The notes beneath the pieces are model-generated. The model ran no database searches. It saw only the letters and a list, made by a program, of their open reading frames with translations, and was not told the origin of the DNA. A program made the position numbers and the translations under genes. Below are positions 42,647 through 43,376 of a stretch of DNA of 43,376 nt, one piece after another. The stretch's first letter is position 1. Each line of letters starts with the position of its first letter. Source of the stretch: a virus (lineage: Duplodnaviria > Caudoviricetes); IMG/VR virus record IMGVR_UViG_3300027813_000025, positions 1-43,376 of that record, one strand, 5' to 3'.

Positions 42647-42675
42647 ATTATACATCATTGTGATGGAGTTGTCAA
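42647..42675 (-). promoter_or_regulatory. Perfect sigma70-type promoter TTGACA-N17-TATAAT inside the 3' end of the denV-like gene
   Basis: tgtcaa at 42670-42675 and attata at 42647-42652. Six nt (GTACCT) separate the -10 box from ATG 42640. Confidence 0.88.
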
Positions 42676-43236
42676 CCCTTTTTTGTAAACAAAATGAATA
42701 TATTCTATCAACCCTTTTTTGTACCAATTTGGAACTTTAGTTTTCCAGGTCGCAATACCATTCTTATACTTAATGTAGTAATCCCTATACGCCTGAATAG
42801 CATCTTCGTTCCTGACATCCTCAGGCATTGCTTGAGTCGGCTGTGTGAATGGAGAATTAGAACAGTTACTTGGTGGAAACCGTAAAACATCGACTAGTTT
42901 GGTGTACGACATATGACTTTTCCCATATCGAATAATAAACTCATCGTGGAGACAGCACCACATCTCATAGAGAAACTTGTAATTATGCTTGCTCTGGCGA
43001 AGCCATACATTACTTGGATGGTTCATATGAGTTGCTTTGTATAGTACAGGTTCGCTATGGCTAAATCGCTTTATCCTACGTCCTATCTTGTTCTTGTCGT
43101 AGTATTCATTTCCGTCCAGGACTCGGTGAGCCGTAGACATAAGTTGAGCATACTCAACCAGCATTTTACTACAATGCCTGTCAATGTGCATCTCTGCACA
43201 TTCTTTAGGATTAGTGTCTAGATAGAATATATTCAT
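42655..43236 (-). CDS. Pyrimidine-dimer DNA glycosylase / endonuclease V-like protein
   Basis: MNIFYLD..PKECAEMH.DRH..KM.VEYAQLMSTAHRVLDG, YKATHMNHPS..W and QAMPE....DAIQAYRDYY. Confidence 0.8.
   Translation of the reverse strand: MNIFYLDTNPKECAEMHIDRHCSKMLVEYAQLMSTAHRVLDGNEYYDKNKIGRRIKRFSHSEPVLYKATHMNHPSNVWLRQSKHNYKFLYEMWCCLHDEFIIRYGKSHMSYTKLVDVLRFPPSNCSNSPFTQPTQAMPEDVRNEDAIQAYRDYYIKYKNGIATWKTKVPNWYKKGLIEYIHFVYKKGLTTPSQ
42672..42723. repeat. 16-bp direct repeat with 36-bp period
   Basis: tcaacccttttttgta at 42672-42687 and 42708-42723. Confidence 0.85.
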
Positions 43237-43376
43237 CTTGTTTTACCCTCGTTGATGCACAATTACATTTTTCACACTCACACTGAAAGGACTTATCAGT
43301 CATCCCTATGCCGAGCCATTCGTCACACTGGTTGATATGACAATGACATTCGTGTCCACAATCACCGCACCAATAC
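43211..43376 (-). CDS. Partial Cys/His-rich metallothionein-like peptide (start outside the window)
   Basis: Reads ...YWCGDCGHECHCHINQCDEWLGIGMTDKSFQCECEKCNCASTRVKQDEYILSRH*, with 9 Cys in 37 residues. Not on the ORF track. Confidence 0.65.
   Translation of the reverse strand, partial: YWCGDCGHECHCHINQCDEWLGIGMTDKSFQCECEKCNCASTRVKQDEYILSRH

Noticed and set aside
42641-42727. Longer N-terminus for the HExxH ORF
   Set aside because: It overlaps the denV-like gene and spans the promoter and direct repeat. ATG 42640 fits better.
1-43376. Stop-codon reassignment, tRNA/rRNA genes, introns or homing endonucleases
   Set aside because: Genes are full length under the standard code and use TAA, TAG and TGA as stops. 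Intergenic gaps are short, and I saw no cloverleaf or HNH/GIY-YIG ORF. A tRNAscan/Infernal run would be needed to exclude small RNAs formally.

Overview
This window is a gene-dense segment of a T4-like (Tevenvirinae/Kyanoviridae-style) myovirus genome, probably aquatic. Bases 1-30431 (minus strand) hold the baseplate/virion module: gp48, gp53, gp27-like hub, gp5, a 779-aa unknown, PAAR, gp25, gp6, an enlarged gp7-like wedge, gp8, a VrlC/DUF4815 protein, two small ORFs, and a >=2477-aa virion protein that the ORF track misses because it runs off the left edge. Bases 30521-37593 (plus strand) hold gp4, gp2, gp54/tube-like, gp26, gp51, a tape-measure-like protein, a membrane protein and a gp23-fold paralogue. 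Bases 37646-43376 (minus strand) hold replication/early genes: gp32, ThyX, gp59, gp33, HIT, DUF1289, a HExxH protein, a DenV-like glycosylase and a Cys-rich peptide. The most striking signal is a set of metal/redox modules in the two giant structural proteins: two cupredoxin-like copper sites, a glucose/sorbosone-dehydrogenase-type beta-propeller, many triple-HxH repeats and a His module shared between genes, often inserted inside one another. Also notable are a likely programmed -1 frameshift fusing gp26 to gp51 just before the tape-measure gene, a palindromic bidirectional late promoter, and apparently leaderless transcripts. All family calls come from motif recognition by eye; no database search was run.
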